DNA from: an uncultured Chloroflexia bacterium
GTDB lineage: Bacteria > Chloroflexota > Dehalococcoidia > UBA2979
Reading direction: 5' to 3'
DNA length: 64,000 nt
NCBI GenBank assembly: GCA_963728205.1
Contig: CAVSIV010000006.1
Span: forward strand, 608,001-672,000
The stretch's first letter is position 1, and every line of letters starts with the position of its first letter. This document shows, piece after piece, positions 1 to 9,733 of this stretch. Under the pieces are notes generated by a model that was not told the DNA's origin, made no database searches, and saw only the letters and a list, made by a program, of their open reading frames with translations. Position numbers and translations under genes: made by a program.

Positions 1-826
1 TCGTCTTGCCCTCGGTCGTCCCCGGGCTCGTGAACAGCACGACCTTCTTCTCGCGGCTCTCCCCGAGCGACAGCGCGTGCGAGAGGCCGGTGCGCGTTGC
101 GCGGTACGCCTCCGCGACGGTCGAACGCGGGCTGTTCGCGGCCGGCAGCTGCGCGCCGGGGAACTTCGTCTTGCCGAACTCCTCGACCCGCCCCACCGTC
201 GAGAGCCCGGTCGCCTCCGCCACGTCTTCGCCGGTCTTCACCGTGTCGTCGAGGTACTCGACGAGCAGCACGAGGCCCGACACGGCCATCAGCGCGAGGA
301 TCCCGCCGAGCGCGGCGTTGACCGTCTTGCGCGGCGAGACAGGCGCCTGCGGCGGCACCGCCCGCTCGACGATCGAGACCACCCCCGGGCGGCTCGAGAG
401 ATCGGACTGGTTGCTGTTGATGAAGGTCTCGCTGACCGTGTTCGCGATCGTGCTGGCGAGCTGCGGACTGCGGTCCTCCGCGCTCACCTCGAGCAGCTGC
501 GTCGAACGGGGGTTGCTCACCGAGATCTTCTGCTGCAGGTGATCGACGTCCAGCGGCAGCTTGCCGTTGTCGATCGCCTGCTGCAGCACCGGCCGCAGCG
601 TGATCAGGCTGCTGAAGGTGTTCGCGAGCTGCTGGCTGGTCTGGATGTCGTTGAGCTGGACGACGCCGCTCGCCTGGCGCTGCACCACCAGGAGGGTGGC
701 CGTCGCCCGGTAGGTGGGGGGGATGCGAGTGGAAACCAGGTAGGCGACGACGGCGCCGAGCAGGGGGGCGGCGACGAGGAGCCACCACCAGCGACGGGCG
801 ATGCGCAGGTACTCGGTCAACTCCAT
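1..826 (-). CDS. Polysaccharide co-polymerase / tyrosine autokinase (Wzc/CpsCD-like), 3' end runs off the window
   Basis: Not in the ORF track. Manual translation from the ATG at 826 gives MELTEYLRIARRWWWLLVAAP...YRATATLLV (Wzz N-terminus), a second TM followed by EYLDDTVKT, then EAYRATRT and the Walker A region VLFTSPGTTEGKT at the window edge. Confidence 0.9.
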   Translation of the reverse strand, partial: MELTEYLRIARRWWWLLVAAPLLGAVVAYLVSTRIPPTYRATATLLVVQRQASGVVQLNDIQTSQQLANTFSSLITLRPVLQQAIDNGKLPLDVDHLQQKISVSNPRSTQLLEVSAEDRSPQLASTIANTVSETFINSNQSDLSSRPGVVSIVERAVPPQAPVSPRKTVNAALGGILALMAVSGLVLLVEYLDDTVKTGEDVAEATGLSTVGRVEEFGKTKFPGAQLPAANSPRSTVAEAYRATRTGLSHALSLGESREKKVVLFTSPGTTEGKT

Positions 827-1091
827 GGGGCGGGGCCGGCCTCTCCCTGGGATCTTCGGCGCGTGACGCGGAGTTGTTCAAATGTCGGCGCACCGGGCGT
901 CCGCACGGAACCGTCGGACTCTACGCGTGGACTCCCCACGTCCGCCATCCGGATTTCCCCGCGGTCACGACAAATTATCAGATCGATGTTGCCTTGGTTC
1001 ATCAGGACTCATATGATTCCGGACAACTTTAGACGCTCCATGGACGGAGCGCCTCCGGTGCACGGACGCACGCGGACCCAGGGGGTACAGC

Positions 1092-1904
1092 ATGATCAAG
1101 GTTCGCTCGCCACGTGCCATTGGAACATGGATCGCCATCGCGGTCGCGATCGCGGTCGCCGCGTTCGCGCTGATGCCCGGCTCGTGGGGCACCGCCGAGG
1201 GGCAGACCGCCGGTCCGCCGCCGCCGACGCCCGCGCCGGCAGCCACGCCGGTGACCGTGACCGTTCCGCCATCCGGTGGGACCGTGAGCGCGCCGGCGGC
1301 ATCGGTTAGCATCACGCTCCCCGCCTCGGCAACGGGAGGCCAGCCGATCGTCGTGTCGGTCACGCCGCTCGGGGTCGGGAGCGGATCGCCGGCCCAGACC
1401 AACGCGGTGGCGCAGCAGGTGCTCGCCAGCCTCGGCATTCCCGCGCCCGCCGGTGAGATCACCGACCTCTTCCAGATCGACGCGTCGAACGCGTCCAGCG
1501 GCCAGGTCGTCCACAACCTCGACGGCACCGTGACCCTCACCGTCGCGATCAGCCCCGCCGTGCTCGCCGCGGCGGGCGGCAACCCCGCGAACGTCTCGCT
1601 GCAGTTCTTCGACACCGCCTCCGGGAAGTGGACGCCCGTCTCCTGCACGGCATCCGCCACCGGCCTCGCCTGCAACGTGAACCACTTCTCGGTCTGGGCG
1701 CAGGTGGTCACGAGCGCGCCGATCGCGGGCGCGGCGCCAACGCCGGCCGCTCCGACTTCCGCGCCGGTTCCGGCGGCGACGGGGTACGGGCCGGGAGCCT
1801 CGAGCCGCGCGGGCGTGAGCCCGCTCTGGTTCCTTGGTGCCGCCGTTGTTCTTGGCGGTCTTGGATTCGGTGGGCTGACGGTCACGCGGAAGCGCCGCGC
1901 CTAA
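1092..1904 (+). CDS. Secreted surface protein with a ZU5/GPS-like HFS motif and a C-terminal PxTG-type sorting signal
   Basis: Signal peptide, Pro/Thr linker, beta-rich domain ending CTASATGLACNVNHFSVWAQV, then PAATGYG, a TM helix and a basic tail (RKRRA). Paralogous to the genes at 17700 and 19893. Confidence 0.75.
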   Translation: MIKVRSPRAIGTWIAIAVAIAVAAFALMPGSWGTAEGQTAGPPPPTPAPAATPVTVTVPPSGGTVSAPAASVSITLPASATGGQPIVVSVTPLGVGSGSPAQTNAVAQQVLASLGIPAPAGEITDLFQIDASNASSGQVVHNLDGTVTLTVAISPAVLAAAGGNPANVSLQFFDTASGKWTPVSCTASATGLACNVNHFSVWAQVVTSAPIAGAAPTPAAPTSAPVPAATGYGPGASSRAGVSPLWFLGAAVVLGGLGFGGLTVTRKRRA

Positions 1905-1936
1905 GGCACGGCGGAACCCCGGACCTGCTCAACAAC

Positions 1937-1968
1937 GCATGAGGCGGGAGAGTCTTCCCGCCTCATGC
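1937..1968. terminator. Hairpin with a 13-bp stem downstream of the surface-protein gene
   Basis: GCATGAGGCGGGA-gagtct-TCCCGCCTCATGC is a perfect inverted repeat. There is no U-tract. Confidence 0.5.
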
Positions 1969-2134
1969 CGTGTCCGGGTGCCTCTCGAGTCGGTGCTGCT
2001 GGCGACATTCGAGCAGAACGAGCCCTCACGAACCGGCCGAGGCTGTCGACGATCGAACAGGGTGCGTGAAGTGCGCTCTTTCGCTCCCGGTGCGCGTCGA
2101 CGCTGAGACCGAGCACAGATACAAGGGGTCGGTT

Positions 2135-3646
2135 ATGTCTCAGAGCGATGGGTTCGTCGTCTGGCTGACCGGGCTTTCCGGAGCCGGTAAGTCGACGCTG
2201 GCCACGCGCCTGGCCGAGCACCTCAAGTCCGCAGGGATCGAGACCGAGGTTCTCGACGGCGACGAGGTTCGCGGCCACCTATCGCAGGGGCTCGGATTCT
2301 CGCGTGCCGATCGCAACGCGAATATTGCTCGCATTGCCTACGTGGCTCGCCTCTTGGCCGCGCATGGCGTTGCGGTCATCGTTGCGGCGATCTCCCCATA
2401 CGCCGACGCGCGGGAGGAGGCGCGACGTAGCGTCGATCGCTTCGTCGAGGTCCACGTGGACTGCTCGCTGGACGAACTGACCCGCCGCGATCCGAAGGGG
2501 CTGTACGAACGAGCGCTCCGGGGTCAGATCGCGAACTTCACCGGAGTCTCCGATCCGTATGAATCGCCGGCGTCTCCGGAGGTCCGTGTGAACTCCGAAC
2601 GTCAGACCGTGCAAGAGTCGCTCGACGACATCGTCGCCTACCTGCAGCGATCGGGTCTGGCACCCGCGACAAAGGGGCGGCCACCAACGACGCCCCTCAC
2701 AGTTTCCGTTCCACTCCGCGAACTTCGCCCGCCGACGCATCGCCAACACCAGTTCGAGCACCTCGATCTGCTCGAGGCGGAAGCCGTATACATCTTCCGC
2801 GAGGTCGCTGCGGAATGTGAACGCCCGGCGCTCCTCTTCTCTGGCGGCAAGGACTCGGCCGTCATGCTGCGCGTTGCCGAAAAGGCATTCCTGCCGGCGA
2901 AGATTCCGTTCCCGGTCGTGCACGTGGACACCGGACACAACTTCCCTGAGGTGATTGACTTCCGTGATCGCCGCGCCGGGGAGCTCGGGGTGCGACTGCT
3001 CATCGGCTCCGTGCAGGAGGCGATTGACGCTGGCCGAGTCATCGACGAGACAGGGCCGCGCGCCACGCGCAATCGGCTACAGACCGAAGTGCTACTCGAA
3101 ACTATCCGGAGATACCGCTTCGACGCGCTCTTCGGGGGTGGGCGTCGTGACGAAGAGAAGGCGCGCGCGAAGGAGCGGGTCTTCTCGTTCCGCGATGAGT
3201 TCGGTCAGTGGGACCCGAAGCGACAACGGCCGGAACTCTGGGATCTGTACAACGCGCGGAAACGTTCGGGCGAGCACCTGCGTGTGTTCCCGATCTCGAA
3301 CTGGACGGAACTGGACGTATGGCAGTACATCGCGCGAGAGGAGATCGATCTTCCGTCGATCTACCGCGCGCATCGCCGGCCGGTCGTTCGACGGGACGGA
3401 ATGCTCATGCCGGTCAGCGACTATCTCGTGCTCCTCGAAGGCGAGGCGCCGTTCGAGGCGACAGTACGGTTCCGCACCGTAGGCGATATGACGTGCACGG
3501 CGGCGGTCGAGTCACAGGCTGAGTGCCTCGATGACGTGATCGCCGAGATCGCGGCGACGCGCGTCACGGAGCGCGGTGAGACCCGCGCCGATGATCGTTT
3601 TTCTGAGACGGCGATGGAAGACCGCAAGCGCCTGGGGTACTTCTGA
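2135..3646 (+). CDS. cysC-cysD: Fused adenylyl-sulfate kinase (CysC) and sulfate adenylyltransferase subunit 2 (CysD)
   Basis: N-terminal WLTGLSGAGKST, LDGDEVR, DPKGLY and FTGVSDPYE (APS kinase). C-terminal LFSGGKDS, HVDTGHNF, RRDEEKARAKER and MEDRKRLGYF (CysD). One open frame; ATG at 2135 follows AAGGGG. Confidence 0.93.
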   Translation: MSQSDGFVVWLTGLSGAGKSTLATRLAEHLKSAGIETEVLDGDEVRGHLSQGLGFSRADRNANIARIAYVARLLAAHGVAVIVAAISPYADAREEARRSVDRFVEVHVDCSLDELTRRDPKGLYERALRGQIANFTGVSDPYESPASPEVRVNSERQTVQESLDDIVAYLQRSGLAPATKGRPPTTPLTVSVPLRELRPPTHRQHQFEHLDLLEAEAVYIFREVAAECERPALLFSGGKDSAVMLRVAEKAFLPAKIPFPVVHVDTGHNFPEVIDFRDRRAGELGVRLLIGSVQEAIDAGRVIDETGPRATRNRLQTEVLLETIRRYRFDALFGGGRRDEEKARAKERVFSFRDEFGQWDPKRQRPELWDLYNARKRSGEHLRVFPISNWTELDVWQYIAREEIDLPSIYRAHRRPVVRRDGMLMPVSDYLVLLEGEAPFEATVRFRTVGDMTCTAAVESQAECLDDVIAEIAATRVTERGETRADDRFSETAMEDRKRLGYF

Positions 3647-4893
3647 TGGAACTCTTGCGATTCGTCGCAGTTGGGTCAGTGGACGACGGGAAGAGTACGC
3701 TCATCGGCCGTCTGCTCTACGACTCGAAGGCCATCTTCCAGGACCAGCTCGACTCGTTGGAGCGCGCGAGCATTCATCGGGGGAATGGCGCGATCGATCT
3801 CTCCCTGCTCACGGACGGGCTCCGGGCGGAGCGTGAGCAGGGGATCACAATCGACGTTGCGTACCGCTACTTTGCGACGCCCCGTCGCAAGTTCATCATC
3901 ATCGATACCCCGGGCCACTTGCAATACACGCGGAACATGGTCACGGGTGCGTCAAACGCCGACCTGGCGCTCATCCTGATCGACGCTCGGCGCGGCGTCC
4001 TCGAGCAATCCCGCCGCCATGCGTTCATCGCGTCTCTACTCGGCATCCAGCACCTCGTTGTATGTGTGAACAAGATGGATCTGGTTGGGTGGAGCGAAGA
4101 ACGCTTCGACGAGGTGCGAGCCGAGTTCTCGGAGTTCGCGGCGCGACTCGATACCACGGACGTGTCCTTCATCCCCATCTCCGCCCGAGACGGGGACAAC
4201 GTTGTCGAACGTTCGCCTCACATGCAGTGGTATCAGGGGGCGACACTCCTCCACCTCCTCGAAGAGGTATATGTATCGGCGGATCGCAACCTGATCGACG
4301 TCCGCTTCCCCGTCCAGTACGTGATACGCGATTACTCCGCCGGATACCGCGGATATGCCGGCACCGTCGCCGGCGGAGTAATCCGGCGCGGCGACGAGGT
4401 CGTCGCCCTGCCGTCCGGAAGAGGCACCCGCGTCGCGAGCATCGAACGCTATGGCGAACTAGTGGATGAAGCGTTCGCTCCGATGGCGGTGACGATCCGC
4501 CTCGAGGACGAGCTCGACATTTCCCGCGGCGACATGATCTGCCGCTCGAACAACCGGCCGAGTATCGTCCAGCGGTTCGAGGCAATGGTGTGCTGGATGA
4601 GCGACAGCAGGGACCTCTCCCAGGGCGACCGGCTGCTCCTCAGGCAAACTACCCGCGAGGTGCGCGCCACCGTAGACAGCCTTCGGTACCGGATCGACGT
4701 CAACACGCTGCACCGGAAGCGTGGTGTCGATCACCTTTCATTGAACGACATCGGACGCGTGCGCTTTCAGAGCACGGCGCCGGTCCTGTTCGATGAGTAC
4801 CGGCGAAACCGGAAGACCGGCGCGTTCATTCTCCTGGACGAGCAGACGAACGACACAGTCGCAGCGGGGATGACGGTCGATGTTGGCGTCTGA
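3646..4893 (+). CDS. cysN: Sulfate adenylyltransferase subunit 1 (GTPase)
   Basis: GSVDDGKSTLIGRLL, LRAEREQGITIDVAYRYF, DTPGH and NKMD motifs. Start overlaps the cysD stop. No C-terminal CysC domain. Confidence 0.96.
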   Translation: MELLRFVAVGSVDDGKSTLIGRLLYDSKAIFQDQLDSLERASIHRGNGAIDLSLLTDGLRAEREQGITIDVAYRYFATPRRKFIIIDTPGHLQYTRNMVTGASNADLALILIDARRGVLEQSRRHAFIASLLGIQHLVVCVNKMDLVGWSEERFDEVRAEFSEFAARLDTTDVSFIPISARDGDNVVERSPHMQWYQGATLLHLLEEVYVSADRNLIDVRFPVQYVIRDYSAGYRGYAGTVAGGVIRRGDEVVALPSGRGTRVASIERYGELVDEAFAPMAVTIRLEDELDISRGDMICRSNNRPSIVQRFEAMVCWMSDSRDLSQGDRLLLRQTTREVRATVDSLRYRIDVNTLHRKRGVDHLSLNDIGRVRFQSTAPVLFDEYRRNRKTGAFILLDEQTNDTVAAGMTVDVGV

Positions 4894-6007
4894 CGTCCGC
4901 CCCTACCGCCCCGGGCAAGTTTCTGGTGACCGTCGGATAGCGCTCGTCCATCCATGGGTCGTCCACGCCCGCGGCGCCGAACGCGCCTTCTTCGAGATGG
5001 CGCGCACGTTCCCTGATGCGGATCTCTTCTTCCTCCACTACCGCCCCGAAGTGCTGCCGCCGGACTTGGCTCCCCGCGTACGCGGGAGCACGTTTCTTCA
5101 GCACGCACCATTTAAGACCCGAGCCTACAGGACATTCCTGCCCCTCCTTCCGTTAGCAGCGGACTCGCTTGAACTGCGCGGGTACGACATCGTTGTGTCC
5201 TCTTCCTATGGATGGACGCATGGCGCTGGGCGCGGACGCGATCTTCAGCGCATCAGCTACATGCACTCACCGCCGCGCTACCTCTGGGAGGAATCTCCCC
5301 CGGATCGCTTCGCACAAGCGCTCCGTCCTTTCCTCGGGCCGACCCTTTCGCGGCTTCGACGGTGGGACGTCGCGGCCGCCTCATCTGTGTCACAGTTCGT
5401 CGCGAACTCGAAGATATCGGCGGAGAGAATCATGGCGCGCTATGGTCGGATCTCCAAGGTGATCTATCCTCCGGTCGATACGGCGCGTTTCCGGCATCTC
5501 GATAGGGATCCGCACGGCTTCCTGCTCACGCTCGGCGAACTCGTCCCGTACAAGCGATTCGACCTTGCGGTGCTCGCGGCTGCCGCGACGCGTCGATCGT
5601 TGGTCGTCGTCGGTGACGGACCCGAACGTGCCCGGCTGAAGCGACTCGCGTCGGGTGCCGACGTACGCTTTGTGGGTCGCGTGACTGACCGCCAGCTCCT
5701 CGATCTGATGAGCGGTGCCGCCGCACTGCTCCACCCAGGGGTTGAAGACTTCGGTATTGTCATTGTCGAGGCGCTGGCAGCCGGTCTACCCGTCATCGGG
5801 GCTCCGACGGGAGGTGCCGCCGAAATCCTAACGGAGGGCACAGGGCTTCTGGCCCACGCGCTCGAAGTCTCCGCTTTCGCCGAGGCGATTGAGTCGGTGC
5901 TGCGGATCCGCGTCGCCTCTTGCGATCTACGCGAACGCGCGGAACACTTCGGGGTCGCGCGGTTCCGCACTGGGCTCGCCGACTTCGTTGCAGGCGCGGC
6001 GTTCTGA
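4880..6007 (+). CDS. GT4-family glycosyltransferase
   Basis: GAER, YMHSPPRYLW, VIYPPVD, PYKRFDL and EDFGIVIVEALAAGLPVI motifs. Confidence 0.9.
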   Translation: MLASDVRPYRPGQVSGDRRIALVHPWVVHARGAERAFFEMARTFPDADLFFLHYRPEVLPPDLAPRVRGSTFLQHAPFKTRAYRTFLPLLPLAADSLELRGYDIVVSSSYGWTHGAGRGRDLQRISYMHSPPRYLWEESPPDRFAQALRPFLGPTLSRLRRWDVAAASSVSQFVANSKISAERIMARYGRISKVIYPPVDTARFRHLDRDPHGFLLTLGELVPYKRFDLAVLAAAATRRSLVVVGDGPERARLKRLASGADVRFVGRVTDRQLLDLMSGAAALLHPGVEDFGIVIVEALAAGLPVIGAPTGGAAEILTEGTGLLAHALEVSAFAEAIESVLRIRVASCDLRERAEHFGVARFRTGLADFVAGAAF

Positions 6008-6008
6008 C

Positions 6009-7112
6009 GTGTTGCTCATCGATGCAACAACTGCCGAGCACGCCACAGGAATCCGCGTGGTCATAGCGGGATTCCTGCGCGGCCTTGCGGCGGCCGAGCC
6101 CGGCACGCGGGACCAAGTCATGGTCGTGGCAGGCCCGCACACACCCGTGGCCCCATCACTGCGCGTATTTCGGGTGCCCATAGCATCGTCCCGACTTGGC
6201 CGACTGGCATACCAGCGCCTTGCCTTGCCGTTCCACATCTCGTTGCTTCGACGCAAAGGTTTGGCGATCGACCACGCACTACTGATGGACTCCTACCTCC
6301 CGTACATCAGCGGCGTGCGAGGCGTACGGTATACATGCTTCGTGCACGACGTGCTGCCGTTGACGCACCCGCAGTACTGGTCTCAGTCCCAACTACTCCT
6401 TAAGCGTTCCGCGTTCGCGACGATACGGCGGGCCCGAGCAGGGATCGTCACGTCGAGCGACTACAATGCCAACGAGATTCGGTGTGTGCTCGGCGTCGAC
6501 GCGCGGGTCGCGCGCTTCGGGTGCGGACAGTTGAGCGACGATGACGCCGACTCGGCGGTCCCGGTCCGCGCGCGTCGCCCGCGCTTTGTCTTCGTCGGTT
6601 CAATCGAGCCGCGGAAGTGCGTGCTGCAACTCGTCGAGGCATTCGGAAGCCTCGTGGACGCGAGTGCCTCCGGCAGCGAACTCGTGTTGATCGGTAACGC
6701 GAGCGGGGACTACGGGCGCGCGGTCCGGCAACGAATCGCCGACCTTAGCCTGTTGGGGCGCGTACGGTTCGCCGGCGCGCTCCCTCCGCATGAGACGGTA
6801 GCGCTGATGCGCGACGCGCGAGCCGTCGTGTTTCCGTCCGTCGCCGAGGGCTTTGGGCTCCCAGTGCTCGAAGCGCTTGCATTGGGAACGCCCGTCGTGG
6901 CATCTGACATCGAGTCGATTCGCGGCTGGGCCGGCACGGCGGTGTTCTACGCAAGCCCAGGCGATGTGGGCTCCCTCGCGGCAGCGCTCGCTGCCACACC
7001 AGAGACTGGCGACTCGTCAGTTCCCTCGCGCGGCCAGCATGTCGCGCTGAGTTATCGTTGGCGAAGGTTCGCTGCTGAGCTCCTTAACTTCGCTCAGCAG
7101 CCACCCACGTAA
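6009..7112 (+). CDS. GT4-family glycosyltransferase
   Basis: VHDVLP, FVGSIEPRK and EGFGLPVLEALALGTPVVASD motifs. Likely GTG start immediately after the upstream stop. Confidence 0.88.
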   Translation: MLLIDATTAEHATGIRVVIAGFLRGLAAAEPGTRDQVMVVAGPHTPVAPSLRVFRVPIASSRLGRLAYQRLALPFHISLLRRKGLAIDHALLMDSYLPYISGVRGVRYTCFVHDVLPLTHPQYWSQSQLLLKRSAFATIRRARAGIVTSSDYNANEIRCVLGVDARVARFGCGQLSDDDADSAVPVRARRPRFVFVGSIEPRKCVLQLVEAFGSLVDASASGSELVLIGNASGDYGRAVRQRIADLSLLGRVRFAGALPPHETVALMRDARAVVFPSVAEGFGLPVLEALALGTPVVASDIESIRGWAGTAVFYASPGDVGSLAAALAATPETGDSSVPSRGQHVALSYRWRRFAAELLNFAQQPPT

Positions 7113-7189
7113 CGACGGCGAGGAGTCAATGCACAACGGCGCCGAACAGAGAGTCGCGAGCCTAGGTTCCCCCATCGGTACTTCAGTCG

Positions 7190-8662
7190 ATGAGCGCTGA
7201 ACTTCCGCCCGCGGGGATCGTCGTGCTAGCGATCTGTGGTTTGATCTTCCTGCAGCGCCCGCGGTGGCTACTGCCGCTGACCTTCGTGCTCTCTCCGTTT
7301 CAAGCCGCATCCGCGATCAGCGTCGCCTCCGGAAATACCGTAATTGGCATCCAGCCAGCATTGATACCCGGTACGTTCTTTTGTCTGCACATGATCCTGA
7401 ATCGCGACTGGCATCATGTGACGGCGATATCGATCATTTATTCCACTGCTTCTATATTCGCTGTATACGCATCATTATCATCAATACTAATGCCGCAATT
7501 GTTCAACGGACAGGTGCTCGTCCTGTCGCCAAGGAATGGCATCGACATTTCAAGGCTAACCGAGCCTGCACCTCAGATCTCGAATTTGAACCAATCAGCT
7601 TACATCATATTCTACGTCACATTTTCGTTCTTAGCTGCCCATGAGATACGCCGAACGCCGATACCGTCAATTCGTGCGTACATCGCTGCGATCGTGATCG
7701 CCTCCTTCTTCGGAATCTACGATCTGATCAGCTATCACACGAGCCTTCCGTGGCCGTCCTCCGTCATTAACTCGAATATCGCTTACCGCCAACTGTTCGT
7801 ACAGAGTATCGGTTCATTTCACCGATCTAGCAGTACGTTTACAGAGCCCTCCGCAGCCGCACTCTACTTATCTGCCGGATCAGTCTTCCTGCTGATCATG
7901 TGGCAGCGCACGCACAGGCGGAAATTCTTCGCGCTAGCGTGCCTGTCGATATCTGCGGCGCTATTCACACTCTCGACTACTGCGTATCTCACGCTCGGCA
8001 TCTGCCTCCTATTCATCGTGTGTCGCTGGGCCGTGAACCGCGGCGACTTCAGAAACGCAGCACCAGCGATTCTTGGCACTGCACTACTCGCCGGAGTAGC
8101 GCTATTGGCGATTGCCTTGACAGGAATCGCGGGGGGAACATCTACAATCATCCAGGAGACGATCACCGAGAAGGCAAGCACAGTTTCCTTCACCAACCGA
8201 TGGGCTGCCGACATGCACTCAGCTCAGCTGATCGCTCAAACCTACACTCTCGGAGCAGGGTGGGGCAGCAATCGGCCATCGAGCCTCTTAGCCAGCATTT
8301 TGAGCAATCTCGGGATTTGGGGTGCATTATTGGTCGGCGGCTTTATCATCACTCTTTCGAGAACTACTCGGCGCGCCATCGCGCATTCTCGCAACGACGC
8401 ACACGAGCAGGAATCACGCGCGGTCTTGAGCGCTGCCGCGTACGCACTTCTAGCAATCGGCATCGCGGGAGTCGCCTCCAACCCGGACCTGTCGACTGTT
8501 GCGCTCTGGCTGGACATTTCGCTGGTCGCCGGCTTGGCCGCGCGGGTGTTGCAGACATCAATGCCGTATGAACAACCACGCAACGTGAGTCGCGCCTGGC
8601 AAGGGTCGATTATACCCAGTCGCCGACTCCCCGAGATCACCGACGGATCGCCGAACGCCTAA
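7190..8662 (+). CDS. Polytopic membrane protein, probable Wzy polysaccharide polymerase
   Basis: About 11-12 hydrophobic segments, RSSSTFTEPS and LGAGWGS loop motifs, AT-rich codon usage, position among glycosyltransferases. Confidence 0.7.
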   Translation: MSAELPPAGIVVLAICGLIFLQRPRWLLPLTFVLSPFQAASAISVASGNTVIGIQPALIPGTFFCLHMILNRDWHHVTAISIIYSTASIFAVYASLSSILMPQLFNGQVLVLSPRNGIDISRLTEPAPQISNLNQSAYIIFYVTFSFLAAHEIRRTPIPSIRAYIAAIVIASFFGIYDLISYHTSLPWPSSVINSNIAYRQLFVQSIGSFHRSSSTFTEPSAAALYLSAGSVFLLIMWQRTHRRKFFALACLSISAALFTLSTTAYLTLGICLLFIVCRWAVNRGDFRNAAPAILGTALLAGVALLAIALTGIAGGTSTIIQETITEKASTVSFTNRWAADMHSAQLIAQTYTLGAGWGSNRPSSLLASILSNLGIWGALLVGGFIITLSRTTRRAIAHSRNDAHEQESRAVLSAAAYALLAIGIAGVASNPDLSTVALWLDISLVAGLAARVLQTSMPYEQPRNVSRAWQGSIIPSRRLPEITDGSPNA

Positions 8663-8770
8663 ACAGCCGCCCGCACCCTCGCGCATCGATCTTCAGCCCT
8701 CTCGGGCATCGGCCGGGGTGGGGATGGTCGGATGTTGTGATCGAAAGGACTGGCTTTAATAACTCCTTCG

Positions 8771-9723
8771 TCAGCGAGGCCAGATGGCGGAAGAGTACCC
8801 ATATGCGACTAGCAGCGGCCACGTCGCCGCAGTCACGATGAACTTCTGCCTGTTCGACATGGCAGATCTCCATTCGTCATCGAGTGTGATGCGCAACCTC
8901 CCCGTATCGAAGCGGATCGGGTTACCTGACACAGTGTGCGCGATACCTAGTTCAAGCTCGCCCGACAAGATCCGCTCCAAACGAGCGCGCGCCGGCGAGT
9001 CCAGTGAAAGGATTCCGCAGAGCAAATCCTGCGGCAGCTTGACGAAATCCTCGTATCGCACCAATCGATAGCTGCGCGCATAGCGTTTCAAGAGCGACGC
9101 CGTCAGGTTGTGCAACCACCACGACCGGATGCTCGACGCGGCACCGTATCGCGTCAGTTCCGCATGTCCAGAAGGGATTTCGGGATTGCGCTTGTGCCTT
9201 TGCCAGGAGAATGCCGTCGCGCGACTGTCTCGCACGAGATGGACGACGTCCACGTCGAAGTTTTCCATCGAACAGAGCAGTAACGCGAGCGAGGCATTCT
9301 TCGACGAATCCACGATGATGTCTGATCCGGATTCTACTCTAATGGCCCGGTAGAGCTCATTGACAGCCGTGACGTACGCACGATAATCGCTGGATCGCCT
9401 GAAGCGGTGCAGCACTCGAGATGGGAGATGCCGCGAGCGATCGACCCGAGCCGAAAGTAGCAGCATCCGGTCGATCTGCTGCTGGTCGTCCATGCTAAGG
9501 GATGCGCGACGCGCGACCGCTTGCCAAAAGGTGCATTCGCGAAACGGAGACCCACACCCGCATAGCCGATTCTCTTTAAACCCTCGCTCCCAAATCGTCC
9601 AAACCTCACCGACTGAAACAAAACCTGGTACTGCCCAACCACGCGATCCATCAATGTCGTACCGCTGCGGCCGGTACCGGCGATGAAAAGTATGCGTACC
9701 CGATCGTTACGGCCGAAAGTCAA
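8771..9723 (-). CDS. Sulfotransferase (one-base frameshift near 9631)
   Basis: 5'-PSB motif IAGTGRSGTT in one frame. After a one-base shift it reads PGFVSVGEVW...LCGCGSPFRECTFW...IIVDSSK...HLVRDSR...VRYEDF. Confidence 0.85.
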
Positions 9724-9733
9724 CAGTAGCCCC

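Noticed and set aside
6-1309. Plus-strand ORFs 6-542 and 77-1309
   Set aside because: They are antisense shadows of the minus-strand Wzc-like gene, which has clear family motifs.
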